Below, in pieces: positions 48,542 through 58,784 of a stretch of DNA of 64,000 nucleotides (its first letter is position 1; every line of letters begins with the position of its first letter). Both the position numbers and the translations under genes were made by a program. The notes beneath the pieces were generated by a model that saw only the letters and a list, made by a program, of their open reading frames with translations, did not search any database and had not been told where the DNA came from. The stretch is from Deltaproteobacteria bacterium. GTDB taxonomy: Bacteria; Myxococcota; Kuafuiibacteriia; Kuafuiibacteriales; Kuafuiibacteriaceae. The stretch is taken from the NCBI GenBank assembly GCA_040218735.1, contig JAVJQW010000043.1, positions 352,001-416,000 of the forward strand, written 5' to 3'.

Positions 48542-51500
48542 CTAACTGCCCAGGTCGAGTTCGACGGTGTGGTGGTGGTCGAGCTCGTCGACCGCTTCGT
48601 CGTCTTCGCTGTAGCGGACGACGTAGACCGGCGCCATCGCGTCGGGGTCCTTCTTCTCGATGCCGCGGAAGACGGCGCCCTCGGGGAGGCGGACCATCGC
48701 GCCGCCGAGGCCGCCGAGGACCGTGCGGCCGTCGGCGTCGCGGCCGATGGCGATGGGGTCGACGGCGCCGCGCGACGGCGCGAACTGCGAGCTGATCGCG
48801 TCGACCTGAACCATCGCCTCTGGAAGGCGCCGGTTCGCCCAGGCTCGAGCGCCGTCGCCGACGGCGTGGAGCCGACCGCCGGACTTCTCGATCGCGACGA
48901 CGACGTTCGGCTCCGGCCACAGGTAGTGGCAGGGCGCGTCGGTCGGGGCGTCGAACACGTCGGCGCTTTCGACGTCGCCGTCTCGGTAGGCCGTGAGCTG
49001 GCCGTCCTTCGCGACGAGCACCGACATCGGCATCGACACTTCCTTCTGCGCGATGAGGAACATGTCGGCGTCCTCCGGCTGGACCTGTTCGGGCACCGAC
49101 GGCGGCGACCACCGGGACGCGACGACCTCGCCGCCCGCTCGACGCTCGCCGACCTCGAGCTTCTTCTTCGTGAGCCGAACGGGGAGGGCCCACGCGTCTT
49201 CGCCTTCGCCGCCGCGCAGGAGCACGTCGAAGTCACCCGGCGGCACGCCGAGGAAGGTGACCTTCTCGGGGAACGTGTCGACGGGCAGCTTGAACGAGCG
49301 GCCGATGCGGGTGTCGACCGCGCGCACCTGTCCGTTCGGGAGCTGGAACAGATAGACGGCGGGGACGCGCCGCGTCGAAGTGGGCGGCGGGTGCACGCGC
49401 CCGGGGTGGTTCATGAAGAACGTCATCCACTCGTCGTGCGGCGCGCGGCGGGCTGGCCCGTAGAGGTCCGGTGGGCGCAACCTGTGTTGCGGCGCGCGGG
49501 ACAGCGGCTCCACCTCGTCGCCGCCGGTCTTTCGCCAGAAGTCGACGATCTCGTGGTGGACGTCCGTGAGCGGCACCATGCGGGGCGCGCCGTCGGTCGG
49601 GAGCTCCTGCGCGCAGGCGAGGAGGAGCAACGCGCGCGTCAAACCGATCTGCTCCTTCGAGAGTTGCTCGTGACCGTCACCGGAGAAGTTGAGCGGCCGG
49701 AACCAGTTGAAGACGTCGACGTCGCCGTTGAACGCCTGGATGTGGTCGGTGTCGCCTTCGATCGCCGCGGAGGATCCGCTCGCGAGCATCCCCTCGAAGC
49801 CCTGGAGGTTGAAGCCGTTCACCGAGCGCTTGCCGGTGCAGGGGAAGAGCAGGTCGACCAGCTTGACCGTCTCGCGCACCCGCTCGCTCACCGCGAGGCC
49901 GGCGCCCTCGGCGCGCTCGCGCTTGGCGTCGTCCTTGTCCACCACGGTGACGTCGTACGCGAGGTCCTCGGCGAGGCGCTTCGACAGCTCGAGCCCCACC
50001 GTGCCGCCGCTGACCACGCCGACGCGCTCGAGCGCGTCGACCTTGCCGCGGTGGTGCAGCTCCATGAGGAGCGCCTTGGCGAGATCCCACGCGATGATCC
50101 CGCCCTCCGCGATCTTCCCGGGTGCGTTTGCGACGGTGACGATGAAGTGCGTGAGCGCCTCCTCGTTCAGGAGGAGCTCGGTCAGCCCGCGCGTCGTCTG
50201 CTCCACGCCGTGCACCGGCTGCCCGCCGAACGCCGCCTCGATCGACGCGCGGATGTCCGGCGCGCTCCCGAACGGCGAGTCGACCTCCTTCAGACCGCTG
50301 AGCAGCCCGTTGAGGAGCCCGCCGTCGTCGAGCGCGATCCACCCCTCCTTCGGCTTGCGCCCGAGCACCGAGACGGAGCCGAGGAACGCGAGGACTTCGT
50401 GCAGACGCAGCGCTTCGAAGCTGCGGGTCGAGCCCGCGTCGTCGCCCGAGCGTTCGAGGTGGTAGCCCTTGAGCCGACCGTAGGTCGCGACCAGCGGGTT
50501 CGACGCGTACTTCGTGCCGAGGACGTGCACGTCCCGCGCGCTCATGCCGCGCCGCTCGAACGCTTCGAGGAGCGGGATGAACGTCGGGAACATGTGCTGG
50601 ATCGCGATGAGGCCCCGCCCCGCGAAGCGCCCCTCAGGGATGTACTCGAGCGCCTTGTCGATCGCCGGCACGCGCTTGGGGATGAGCGCGTCGTGGCGCA
50701 CCAATCGATCCACGAGCGGGAGCGCGTGCCGCGGCCCCATCATCACGCCGAGCGCCTCGACGATCTGCGCCATGAAGTCGAAGTTCGGCCGCTCGGGGAC
50801 CGGCCGCTGCGCGCCGTCGATCAGCTGCTTTGCGATCGATTCACCGACCTCCCCGTACGTCTGCGCGAACAGCTCGAGGTTGATGCCGGTCGGATCGTGC
50901 GGGTCCTTGAAGGCGTCGAGCAGGCGGAGCAGTCGGGCGACGAGCGCCGCGCGGCGCGGGCCCGTGTACTGCTGCCGGCCGCGCGTCCGGAGCGCCGCGC
51001 TGAGCGGCGACTTCGGGTTGTCGGTGATCTCTTTGGCCAGCGCAGTGATGAGCGGCGTCGCGCCGTAGGTGAGCCCGAACAGGACGTTGTCGAAGCGCAC
51101 CGACGAAGCCTCGGGCCCGAGGCGTTTCACCTCCGCGACCGCCGCCGTCGGGGCGGGCGGGAGGGAGGCTTCGAGCGAGGCCGAGCGCCGGACGACGAAC
51201 GCCGCGTCGGGCGCGAGCTTCCGCAAGACAGCCTGCATGGCCGCGAGCTCTTCCGCGCCCGCCGGGATGTTCCGCGTGCGTTGATCGATCGCCGAGATCG
51301 TCGCCGCGACCAGCGCGCCGGGTTGGCCGTACTGGGTGAGCGCGTCGAACGGCACCTCGTCGCGGAGGTGCACGTCGTCGGGGCCGTCGTCGACGAGGAG
51401 CGTGAACAGCCCGGCGATCAACGCGTCCGGAGTCGGCTTGGTCCCGCGCGGGAGGACGACCTTCAGGTCGTGGGCGAGGTCGCTGTCACCGTCGGCGATC

Positions 51501-51646
51501 TGCTGGAGGATCCCGCCGAGGTAGTCGCGGCCGTGGGTCGCGATCTCCAGGAGGCGCTCGTAGCGGAGCCGGCTGTCCGTGAGGAGGCGGACCGCGCTCG
51601 CGACGGTCGTGCCGATCGTCGGCGTGGGATCGATCCGAACGGCCAC
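48542..51646 (-). CDS. Multidomain protein with a divergent adenosylhomocysteinase-like (NAD-binding) core
   Basis: IQHMFPT, KYAS, LDDGG, VEQTTRG, PGKIAE, SGGTVG, CTG and PLNF motifs; start uncertain (51646-51916). Confidence 0.65.
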   Translation of the reverse strand: MAVRIDPTPTIGTTVASAVRLLTDSRLRYERLLEIATHGRDYLGGILQQIADGDSDLAHDLKVVLPRGTKPTPDALIAGLFTLLVDDGPDDVHLRDEVPFDALTQYGQPGALVAATISAIDQRTRNIPAGAEELAAMQAVLRKLAPDAAFVVRRSASLEASLPPAPTAAVAEVKRLGPEASSVRFDNVLFGLTYGATPLITALAKEITDNPKSPLSAALRTRGRQQYTGPRRAALVARLLRLLDAFKDPHDPTGINLELFAQTYGEVGESIAKQLIDGAQRPVPERPNFDFMAQIVEALGVMMGPRHALPLVDRLVRHDALIPKRVPAIDKALEYIPEGRFAGRGLIAIQHMFPTFIPLLEAFERRGMSARDVHVLGTKYASNPLVATYGRLKGYHLERSGDDAGSTRSFEALRLHEVLAFLGSVSVLGRKPKEGWIALDDGGLLNGLLSGLKEVDSPFGSAPDIRASIEAAFGGQPVHGVEQTTRGLTELLLNEEALTHFIVTVANAPGKIAEGGIIAWDLAKALLMELHHRGKVDALERVGVVSGGTVGLELSKRLAEDLAYDVTVVDKDDAKRERAEGAGLAVSERVRETVKLVDLLFPCTGKRSVNGFNLQGFEGMLASGSSAAIEGDTDHIQAFNGDVDVFNWFRPLNFSGDGHEQLSKEQIGLTRALLLLACAQELPTDGAPRMVPLTDVHHEIVDFWRKTGGDEVEPLSRAPQHRLRPPDLYGPARRAPHDEWMTFFMNHPGRVHPPPTSTRRVPAVYLFQLPNGQVRAVDTRIGRSFKLPVDTFPEKVTFLGVPPGDFDVLLRGGEGEDAWALPVRLTKKKLEVGERRAGGEVVASRWSPPSVPEQVQPEDADMFLIAQKEVSMPMSVLVAKDGQLTAYRDGDVESADVFDAPTDAPCHYLWPEPNVVVAIEKSGGRLHAVGDGARAWANRRLPEAMVQVDAISSQFAPSRGAVDPIAIGRDADGRTVLGGLGGAMVRLPEGAVFRGIEKKDPDAMAPVYVVRYSEDDEAVDELDHHHTVELDLGS

Positions 51647-51743
51647 CTTGCGCCGAATCTGTCCCGGTCGTCGCTCGCAGGACAAGCGATCGAGCATCGT
51701 CGGGCTCCGTGCCGTCCTGGTCGATGCGTAGTAGCTTCGGTTC

Positions 51744-52988
51744 GTGCCGAGCTGGTGGTCGAAGCTGAAAGCTCTCTTCGGTGTCTCACCGGAGCGCCCT
51801 ACGGAGCGACCGGCCGCGGAGCCCGCGCAGTGGCTCGACGCGGACGCCCCCGGCAACCCGTTCGACGTCCCGATCCTCGACCTCATGCTGACGCAGACCC
51901 TCGTCGCGACGTCCACGGATCCGCAGGTCGCGGCCCGGTCCGTGTCGTGGTCGGGGCGAACCGGGGAGGACCTCGAGCCGGGACCCCTCCTCGAGCGTCC
52001 CGCGATCGACTGCGACCTGTCCTACGCTGCGGCCCGTAGCCTGCCGGAAGGCCTGCTTCACACGCCGTCATCGATGGACGAGAAGTGGGTCCTCGCTTGG
52101 CGCGGCGGCCGAATCTTCGTCGTCCAAAGCTGGTCGGGCGAGGTCGAGGCGATCGCGGACGCGACCCATGTCGACGAGACACTCACCATCCACAAGCTGA
52201 GGCTCGCGGAGTCGACGCCGTTGGCTTCGGGGGATCCCGTGTCGGTCGTCGACTGGCTGATCCGAAGCACCGCGCTGCAACAGAAGTTGCCGTTTCCGGC
52301 GGACGACGCGACGGCGGGGCTCTTCGAGTCGGTCCCCTTCACCGCGTTCACGTTCTTCGGGAACGTCATCTTCTGCGCGGCGCGGAGCTGGAACCCGCCC
52401 CCCGTCGAGCGCCCCCTGCGCAGCGACGGACGCCTGGTGCGCGCCGTCCAGTCCGGGGACCTCGACGCCGTGAACGCTGCGCTCGGTGAAGACGTCGACA
52501 GTCCGAGCACGTTCGAAGGTTACACGCCGCTGCACATCGCCATCGTGAAGGGAAGCCTGCCGCTCATCGCGCGCCTCCTCGAGGCGGGCGCGGATGTCCA
52601 CCGCCGCGCCGACGGCGGGATGTTCGCGCTCGGCATCGCGATCGTGCACGGTCACGACGAAGCCGTCCTCGACGCGCTCGCCGCGGCGGGGGCGGAGCTC
52701 GACGCGACGAACGACGATGGCTTCGGTGCGCTGCACGCTGCCTGTGAAGTCGGTCGCGTCGACGCGATCGAGTGGCTCCTCGAACGAGGCGCCGACATCG
52801 AAGCCCGTACGAACCGCGGCTTCGCGCCGCTGCACATCGCGGGCGCGCTCGGTCACCTCGACGCCGCAAAGGCGCTGGTGAGCCGCGGTGCCGATCGTGG
52901 CGCGGTGTCTACGGACAACAAGGACGTCATCGCCCTCGCACGCGAGGAGGGCCAGACCGAAGTCGTCGCGTGGCTCGAGGAGATGTGA
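51744..52988 (+). CDS. Ankyrin-repeat protein with unknown N-terminal domain
   Basis: GYTPLHIA, GFGALHAA and GFAPLHIA repeats. Confidence 0.88.
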   Translation: MPSWWSKLKALFGVSPERPTERPAAEPAQWLDADAPGNPFDVPILDLMLTQTLVATSTDPQVAARSVSWSGRTGEDLEPGPLLERPAIDCDLSYAAARSLPEGLLHTPSSMDEKWVLAWRGGRIFVVQSWSGEVEAIADATHVDETLTIHKLRLAESTPLASGDPVSVVDWLIRSTALQQKLPFPADDATAGLFESVPFTAFTFFGNVIFCAARSWNPPPVERPLRSDGRLVRAVQSGDLDAVNAALGEDVDSPSTFEGYTPLHIAIVKGSLPLIARLLEAGADVHRRADGGMFALGIAIVHGHDEAVLDALAAAGAELDATNDDGFGALHAACEVGRVDAIEWLLERGADIEARTNRGFAPLHIAGALGHLDAAKALVSRGADRGAVSTDNKDVIALAREEGQTEVVAWLEEM

Positions 52989-53921
52989 TCAGAGGAGCAC
53001 GCGGACGGCGCTCTGACCCCGCAGCTCCTCGAGCCAGACCTTGGTCTGCTCCTCGACGCGCCGCTGATACATCTCCTGATAGATCCGATCCCGAAGCTCC
53101 GCGTAGGAGTTCGGCTTCTTGAAGCGCCGCCCCACCAGGTAGACCACGTGCACGCCATTGGCGGTGTCGATCGGGTTGGTGATCGTGCCCGGCTCCACGC
53201 CCTCGAGCGCCACCTTCAGCTCCGGGAGGAGCTGCTTGCCGGACAGCTCACCGAGGTCGCCGCCGTTGTTGCGCGTGGGCCCCTCCGACAGCTCCTTCGC
53301 GACCGCCTCGAAGTCCCCGCTCAGCGCCTGCTTGCGCGCGGCGACGGCCTTGTCGCGGATCGCCGCCTTCTCGGCCTCCGTCGCGTTCTCACCCCACTTG
53401 AAGAAGATGTGCCGGATGTGAACGAGCTCCTCCTGCTCATCGTCCTTCGTGCGCTGGTCGTACTCGGCCTTGATGTCGGCCTCCGGGATGACCACGCGCG
53501 AGCGCACCTTCATGTCGATCAGCTTCAGCCGCACGAGCTGCGACTTGAGGTCCTCGCGGTACTGCCCCATCGACATCCCGCGCGACTCGATCGCCTGCTT
53601 CAGCTGCTCCTCCGAGATGCGGTTCTGGCGGAGGATGTCCTTCACCGCGCGCGAGACCTCCTCGTCCGAGACGGTGATCTTCGCCTGTTTGATCTCCTGC
53701 GCGAGGAGCCGCTCGGAGATGAGCTGGTCGAGGATGTCCTTGAAGAGGAGCTTCTTCCGCTCTTCACCCTCGTTGTGCTGCATGTACGGCTTCGCCGACG
53801 CCTCGACCTCGGAGAGCGTGATGACCTCGTCGTTCACGACGGCCACGATGCGGTCCAAGAGCTCGCGGTCGCTCGGCGCACCCACGGCGAGGGTCGCCAC
53901 CAACATCGTCGTCCACATCAC
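52989..53921 (-). CDS. surA: SurA-like chaperone / PpiC isomerase
   Basis: DRIVAVVNDEVIT, RHI and GGDLG motifs. Confidence 0.8.
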   Translation of the reverse strand: MMWTTMLVATLAVGAPSDRELLDRIVAVVNDEVITLSEVEASAKPYMQHNEGEERKKLLFKDILDQLISERLLAQEIKQAKITVSDEEVSRAVKDILRQNRISEEQLKQAIESRGMSMGQYREDLKSQLVRLKLIDMKVRSRVVIPEADIKAEYDQRTKDDEQEELVHIRHIFFKWGENATEAEKAAIRDKAVAARKQALSGDFEAVAKELSEGPTRNNGGDLGELSGKQLLPELKVALEGVEPGTITNPIDTANGVHVVYLVGRRFKKPNSYAELRDRIYQEMYQRRVEEQTKVWLEELRGQSAVRVLL

Positions 53922-53922
53922 G

Positions 53923-54900
53923 TCACTCCTCGTCCGCTTCGTCGAGCGGCTCGGCGTCGAGGTACCGAATCTGGACCTTCCCGCGCAACCGTTCCTTGTA
54001 GGCCTTCTTGGCCGCGCGCTCCGCCTCCACGCGCATCGTCCGCTTGAGGCGAGGGGCTGCCTCCTCGAACGTCAGGGGCCGCTCCGGCTCCCGCTCCAGG
54101 AGCTGGCAGATGTGAAAGCCGAGCTCCGACGCCATCACCGGCGAGATCTCCTCCGGCTGCAGCGGGAAGCAGCTCTCGTCGAACACCTCCGGCATCTGCC
54201 CGCGCTGGAACCACCCGACCTCGCCGCCGCGCCTCGCCTCCGGCCCGATGCTCACGCGCTCGGCCATCTCGGCGAAGTCCTTCTTCCGCCAGGTGAGGTC
54301 CTTGTGGATCGCCTGCGCGTCCTCCTCGGTCGTCACCATGATCTGGCGCGCGCGCACGCGCTCCGGTCGCATGCGCTCCTCCGGAGGCATCGATTCGAAC
54401 CGCGCCTTCACCGCCTCCATCGAAGGTTCGACGTCCTTCATCGCCTCGCGCTTCAACAGCTCGATCTCGGTGAGCTGGCGCTCGATCGCCCCCACGAACT
54501 CGGCCTCCGTCTGGAAGTTCTCGATCAGCGCCCGCCGGAACTCGTCCGCGCTCCGCCCCTCGCGGAACGCCTCCAGCTCTCGCGCCACCGCCGTCGTGGT
54601 CGTCTTCACGTTCAGGCGCTCCGCCTCCATGGCCAACAGGCGGGTGTCGATCATCGACTCGATCGTGTGTTTGCGGAGTGACTTCGGGAGCTCCTTCGCG
54701 CGCAGCGACCCCTCGCGTTCGAAGCGCTTCCGCGCCAGCGCGAGGTTGATGTCACCCACCGTGATCTTCGCGAGCGGGTGGTCGAGCGGCGTGCCTTCGG
54801 GATCCGTGAAGACGATCGCGACGCGGTCCTCCGCGGAGATGGGTTTTTTCGCCGGGCACCCCGCGAGCAGGAGCACGAGCGGCCAGAGCGCACGTCTCAC
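53923..54900 (-). CDS. PpiC-type peptidylprolyl isomerase lipoprotein
   Basis: LAGC lipobox; ARQIMV, GGEVGWF and SELGFHI motifs. Confidence 0.88.
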   Translation of the reverse strand: MRRALWPLVLLLAGCPAKKPISAEDRVAIVFTDPEGTPLDHPLAKITVGDINLALARKRFEREGSLRAKELPKSLRKHTIESMIDTRLLAMEAERLNVKTTTTAVARELEAFREGRSADEFRRALIENFQTEAEFVGAIERQLTEIELLKREAMKDVEPSMEAVKARFESMPPEERMRPERVRARQIMVTTEEDAQAIHKDLTWRKKDFAEMAERVSIGPEARRGGEVGWFQRGQMPEVFDESCFPLQPEEISPVMASELGFHICQLLEREPERPLTFEEAAPRLKRTMRVEAERAAKKAYKERLRGKVQIRYLDAEPLDEADEE

Positions 54901-55859
54901 GGCGCGGCCTTCTCCTTGGGCTCGAGCTGAATCTTCGAGAACGCGTCCTCGTTCACCACCACGCTGCGCTTTTTCATCAGCTCGTCGATGAACTTGTCGA
55001 ACGCCGCTTCGCGCTTCTCGGCGATGATCTGCCCGCGGAGCTGCGACTTCACCTGCTCGAGTGAACGGTGCACGGCGCGCCGCAGTCCGGTCTTCTTGAA
55101 CAGCACCACGGCGTTCGGCGCGTCGGCGACGACGAGGTCCCCGATCGTCGCGTCCTCGAAGAGGGTCTTCGCGACCTCCTCGCCGTAGCGCTCCGTGAGC
55201 TGCTCGCGGTCGAGGAACTGGAGGTCGCCGCCCCCGTTCTTCGTGGCGTCGTCCTGCGAGTGCTGCCGCGCGAGGCGGCCGAACGCGGTCTGGTCGTTCT
55301 TCCGCTGCGCGCTGAGGACTTCGCTCTTCACGCGCGCGAGGAGCTTCTTCGCCGCGGCGCGCTCGCCGTCGGACTCCACGTAGCGGACGATCTGGGAGAG
55401 GCGGATGCGCTCGGGTTTGTTGAGCTCCTTCTCCTTCTGTTTGTACATGATGGCGAGGTCGCCGTCGGTCGCCTCCAGGGCGTCCCCGAGCTGCGCGATG
55501 TGGTCGTTCATCACGCGCTGGACGATCAGACGCTTCAGCTCTGCCTTGATCTGCGGGTCGTCGTACAGCTTCTGGCTCCAACCTTCTTGGGCGAGCAGCT
55601 CCATCCGGACCTCGCCCTCGACGTACTTCTCGAGCTGGCTCGGATCCTTGAGCTGCATCCGCCGGAAGGGGCTCTGCTTGTACAGGCGCTTCTCCAGCTC
55701 CGCGGTGGTCAGGGTGACGGGGCCGATCTGGGCGACGACCTCGCCCTCGGCCACCACCTCGGGGGCGGGGTAGGGCTTGTCGGTGTCACCCGCCTTCTTC
55801 TCGGCCTGTGGGCAGGCCCCCAGGAAGAGGGCCATCAGCGGCAGCAGTCCACGACGCAT
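54897..55859 (-). CDS. PpiC/PrsA-like lipoprotein
   Basis: LGAC lipobox; F..LARQHSQD..GGDL motif. Confidence 0.85.
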   Translation of the reverse strand: MRRGLLPLMALFLGACPQAEKKAGDTDKPYPAPEVVAEGEVVAQIGPVTLTTAELEKRLYKQSPFRRMQLKDPSQLEKYVEGEVRMELLAQEGWSQKLYDDPQIKAELKRLIVQRVMNDHIAQLGDALEATDGDLAIMYKQKEKELNKPERIRLSQIVRYVESDGERAAAKKLLARVKSEVLSAQRKNDQTAFGRLARQHSQDDATKNGGGDLQFLDREQLTERYGEEVAKTLFEDATIGDLVVADAPNAVVLFKKTGLRRAVHRSLEQVKSQLRGQIIAEKREAAFDKFIDELMKKRSVVVNEDAFSKIQLEPKEKAAP

Positions 55860-55962
55860 GCGCAAGCGGGTTAGCACGGTGGGCCCGGACGGCACCAGAT
55901 GGAACGCGCGCCGACATTCGACGGGCTTGCACCGCCCCGAAATTCGGTATCGTCCCGGGTGC

Positions 55963-56721
55963 ATGAGCCACGGCGCCATCACCGAGGCCATCGACCGCGT
56001 GGGCCCCCGCGGCGAGCTGAAGTTCACCCTCGCGGACATCCCCTTCGACGAGCTCCTCCTGCACCTGCACATGGCGCGCTTTACGGGGCTGGTGGAGGTC
56101 GGCGCGGGCGACGACCGCGATCGGGTCTTCCTGCGCGAGGGGTCCGTCGTGGGCCTGCGGCCCCCCGCGGAGGCGGATCACTCGAGCCTCCGGGAGGGCA
56201 TCCTCGCCCTCAAGCTGCTCACGCCGGAGGCGGTCGACGCGGTCACGGACGGCGCGCGCGATGGCCTGGAGATGGGAGAGAAGCTCGTCGAGTCTGGGCG
56301 CGTCAGCGCGGAGGAGCTCGATCGGGCCGTCGAGGAGCAGGCCCGCCGCCGCCTCTTCTCGGTCTACGATCGCTCCGAGGCCGCGGTTCGCCTCGCCGAG
56401 GGCCTGGATCGCCTCGCCCACTTCCACGCGGTCTACGTCGACGTCCGCCCGGCGATCGCATTCGGCATGGTGGTCCGCTCCGCGGCGGGGCGAAAGCAAG
56501 CCATGTTGCAGAAGGTCCGCGACAAGTCGGTCCGGCTCGTCGCCCCCTACGACGAGACCCGCAACGGCTACGGCCTCCCGCCCCCCGTCCTCCTCGCCCT
56601 CCGCGAACTCGCCGAAGGCGTCACCATGAACGGCGACATCGGCCTCCCGGGCCTGTCGTCGTCCGAGACGGCGGGGGTGTTGCTGTTGTTCGATCGGATG
56701 TCGCTGCTCAAGATCGGCTGA
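55963..56721 (+). CDS. DUF4388-like protein
   Basis: L..LH..RFTG.V....R.FLREG pattern followed by a GEKLVE.G motif. Confidence 0.55.
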   Translation: MSHGAITEAIDRVGPRGELKFTLADIPFDELLLHLHMARFTGLVEVGAGDDRDRVFLREGSVVGLRPPAEADHSSLREGILALKLLTPEAVDAVTDGARDGLEMGEKLVESGRVSAEELDRAVEEQARRRLFSVYDRSEAAVRLAEGLDRLAHFHAVYVDVRPAIAFGMVVRSAAGRKQAMLQKVRDKSVRLVAPYDETRNGYGLPPPVLLALRELAEGVTMNGDIGLPGLSSSETAGVLLLFDRMSLLKIG

Positions 56722-56760
56722 GTTGGGAATTCGTCGATCGATTAGGCTATCATCGCCGAT

Positions 56761-57336
56761 GTGACGAAGCAGTACGCCCAGCCAACCCTAATCGCGACCG
56801 CGGTGACCGCTTTTTTCGTGGGTGGCGCGGGTGGCTATTTCGTGGGGCAGAGCATGTCGGCGTCGGGATCGGGTGGCGGAGAGGACAAGCCGTGTAAGAA
56901 CTGCGTGCTCGATCTTTGGGGCAATGACATGCGTCTGTCTATGAAGATGGGAGCCGACGAACCCGGAAACAAGGCCTTCTTCCCTATGCGGTGCGTTGTC
57001 GTTCAGACGTTCAAGGATGATGGAGACTTCCTCGGCCTACTGTACCCGGACCCGAGTAATGCTGACGATCTCAAGGGATCGTACAAGGCGAATCACAGCT
57101 ACCCGGACATTCTGCTCAAGTCCAACGTCAACGACTTCGACAAGGCGGCGGTCGCAGAGGCGCATATCTACTGGATAGGGGTGAGGGACGACCCAGACTC
57201 GAGCGCTATTCGCCCGCTCAAGAGCGGCGCTGAAAAGGCACAGGGCTTTCATGCGATCTACTTCGCCGACGGCGAGGCGAGCGCCAGCTCCTACGCGGAT
57301 CCGAAATACCCAGGGATGAAATGCCCGGGATTCTAG
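56761..57336 (+). CDS. Membrane-anchored hypothetical protein (lower GC)
   Basis: N-terminal TM; CKNC; atypical codon usage. Confidence 0.6.
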   Translation: MTKQYAQPTLIATAVTAFFVGGAGGYFVGQSMSASGSGGGEDKPCKNCVLDLWGNDMRLSMKMGADEPGNKAFFPMRCVVVQTFKDDGDFLGLLYPDPSNADDLKGSYKANHSYPDILLKSNVNDFDKAAVAEAHIYWIGVRDDPDSSAIRPLKSGAEKAQGFHAIYFADGEASASSYADPKYPGMKCPGF

Positions 57337-58784
57337 CGACCAATGCCCTCGATGCATCCTTTGAGTGCATCGAGAACATCATTCTGCTGCTCTCCGTGCC
57401 TACCGAGGACATGTGATGCCCAGGCTCTCCCGCTGAGGAAACGATGACGCTGTGCGCCAGCGATTCCGCTTAGAGTCGCGGTGAGCTGCGCCGGAGTTAC
57501 GAGCCATGAGATCAACTGCATGACTCGTTCTCCCATGTCGTAGACCCGATCGTTGGTGTGGCGTGCATAAGGACCAACAGCCTCGACCTTGTCGCCACAC
57601 GGAATACCCGAGGATATGAGCCTCTTTCTCCCCACCCAGATCGCGACGACCTCATCCACCCATCCACTCGTGGCGGACGGGGGCCGCACGCTTCGCCCGA
57701 ACCACTGATGAGCGATCTCGTGTCCGAGGACATCTTCGGACACTCCCTCCGCGATCCAGATCGCGCCCGCATACTCCTGCCCACGTGAATCACTGGATTT
57801 CATCCCTGGAGGCGGCCCGCCTCCACGTTTTCCGTCCAGATGCTCGAGTCTCCAGAGCTGTTCCGCAAGACTGCCTTTTGGGCCCACCTCGATCTTGAGC
57901 TCTTCGAAGGGGAATGTCCCGAGTCGGCCGATCAACCGTTCGAGGATCTCCGGAACAAGCGCCGCTACGCGCCCGAGCTCGTCACTGGGCTTGTCTACGC
58001 GCAACGAGACGTGAATCTGGACTCTCGTTGGCCTTTCGTTCCGTTTGATTTCGAGCTTCTCCGCGCCTCGCACCAAGTGGAGATAGAAGGACGCTGAGTT
58101 GCTCCAACTCGAGAAGGTGATTCGCCAGCGATTGGGGCGGAGATTCGACTTACGTCCGTTTGTGAAGACCTCATAGCCCGAAGAAGCATTCTTGACATGG
58201 AGTTCAGTGCGAAGCCGGAAAGTGTCGAACTCGAAGTTCGAAGGAAAGTACGCGTCGCTCAGATAGACATCAGGCGCGATGCAGGGGATCGTACAGCTAC
58301 TGACGTCGGTCATGTCGAACGCCAGTTCCGCCCCGTACTTCTTGCTCGCTGGAAATCGACCAGTCAGTTCATAGTCGATTTCGACGCGATAGGGCTTGAC
58401 GCGGGGGCGCAGTGGGACGGGCGTCCGTAGGACCTGCACGCTGGCATCCTCTTCGCTTCGCGACTCAGTCGTCAGCCGATCCGGATCTAGAACGCGGCTG
58501 TCGAGTGAGATCCGTTTGGGCTTCAACGCGAATAAGAAGAACGGGTGGCCAACCTCGTCGACCGTGAAGGTCATCGTGGCCTTGGCGCGGATGATGTCTT
58601 TGGATTCGTCGAGGACGTAGAGGACCTCGACGTCTTCGATATCGATGGGTACGGCTGCAACGCCGCCATTCGATGAAAATGTCGGGGGTGCGTACTCGAA
58701 TGAGCTAGAGCATCCCCAGACGGCCGACACAAACGCCGAACTCAACGCAACACGATATCCCCACGATTTGGCTGACCGAAACAC
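57333..58784 (-). CDS. M1-like gluzincin metallopeptidase (lower GC)
   Basis: GQEY exopeptidase-like motif; HEIAHQWFG...WVDE (HExxH...E); possible lipobox VWGC. Confidence 0.8.
   Translation of the reverse strand: MFRSAKSWGYRVALSSAFVSAVWGCSSSFEYAPPTFSSNGGVAAVPIDIEDVEVLYVLDESKDIIRAKATMTFTVDEVGHPFFLFALKPKRISLDSRVLDPDRLTTESRSEEDASVQVLRTPVPLRPRVKPYRVEIDYELTGRFPASKKYGAELAFDMTDVSSCTIPCIAPDVYLSDAYFPSNFEFDTFRLRTELHVKNASSGYEVFTNGRKSNLRPNRWRITFSSWSNSASFYLHLVRGAEKLEIKRNERPTRVQIHVSLRVDKPSDELGRVAALVPEILERLIGRLGTFPFEELKIEVGPKGSLAEQLWRLEHLDGKRGGGPPPGMKSSDSRGQEYAGAIWIAEGVSEDVLGHEIAHQWFGRSVRPPSATSGWVDEVVAIWVGRKRLISSGIPCGDKVEAVGPYARHTNDRVYDMGERVMQLISWLVTPAQLTATLSGIAGAQRHRFLSGRAWASHVLGRHGEQQNDVLDALKGCIEGIGR

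Noticed and set aside
48569-52039. 1156-aa plus-strand ORF
   Set aside because: Antisense shadow of the SAHH-like gene
52989-55859. Triple PPIase cluster as a novelty
   Set aside because: Common arrangement in deltaproteobacteria and Myxococcota
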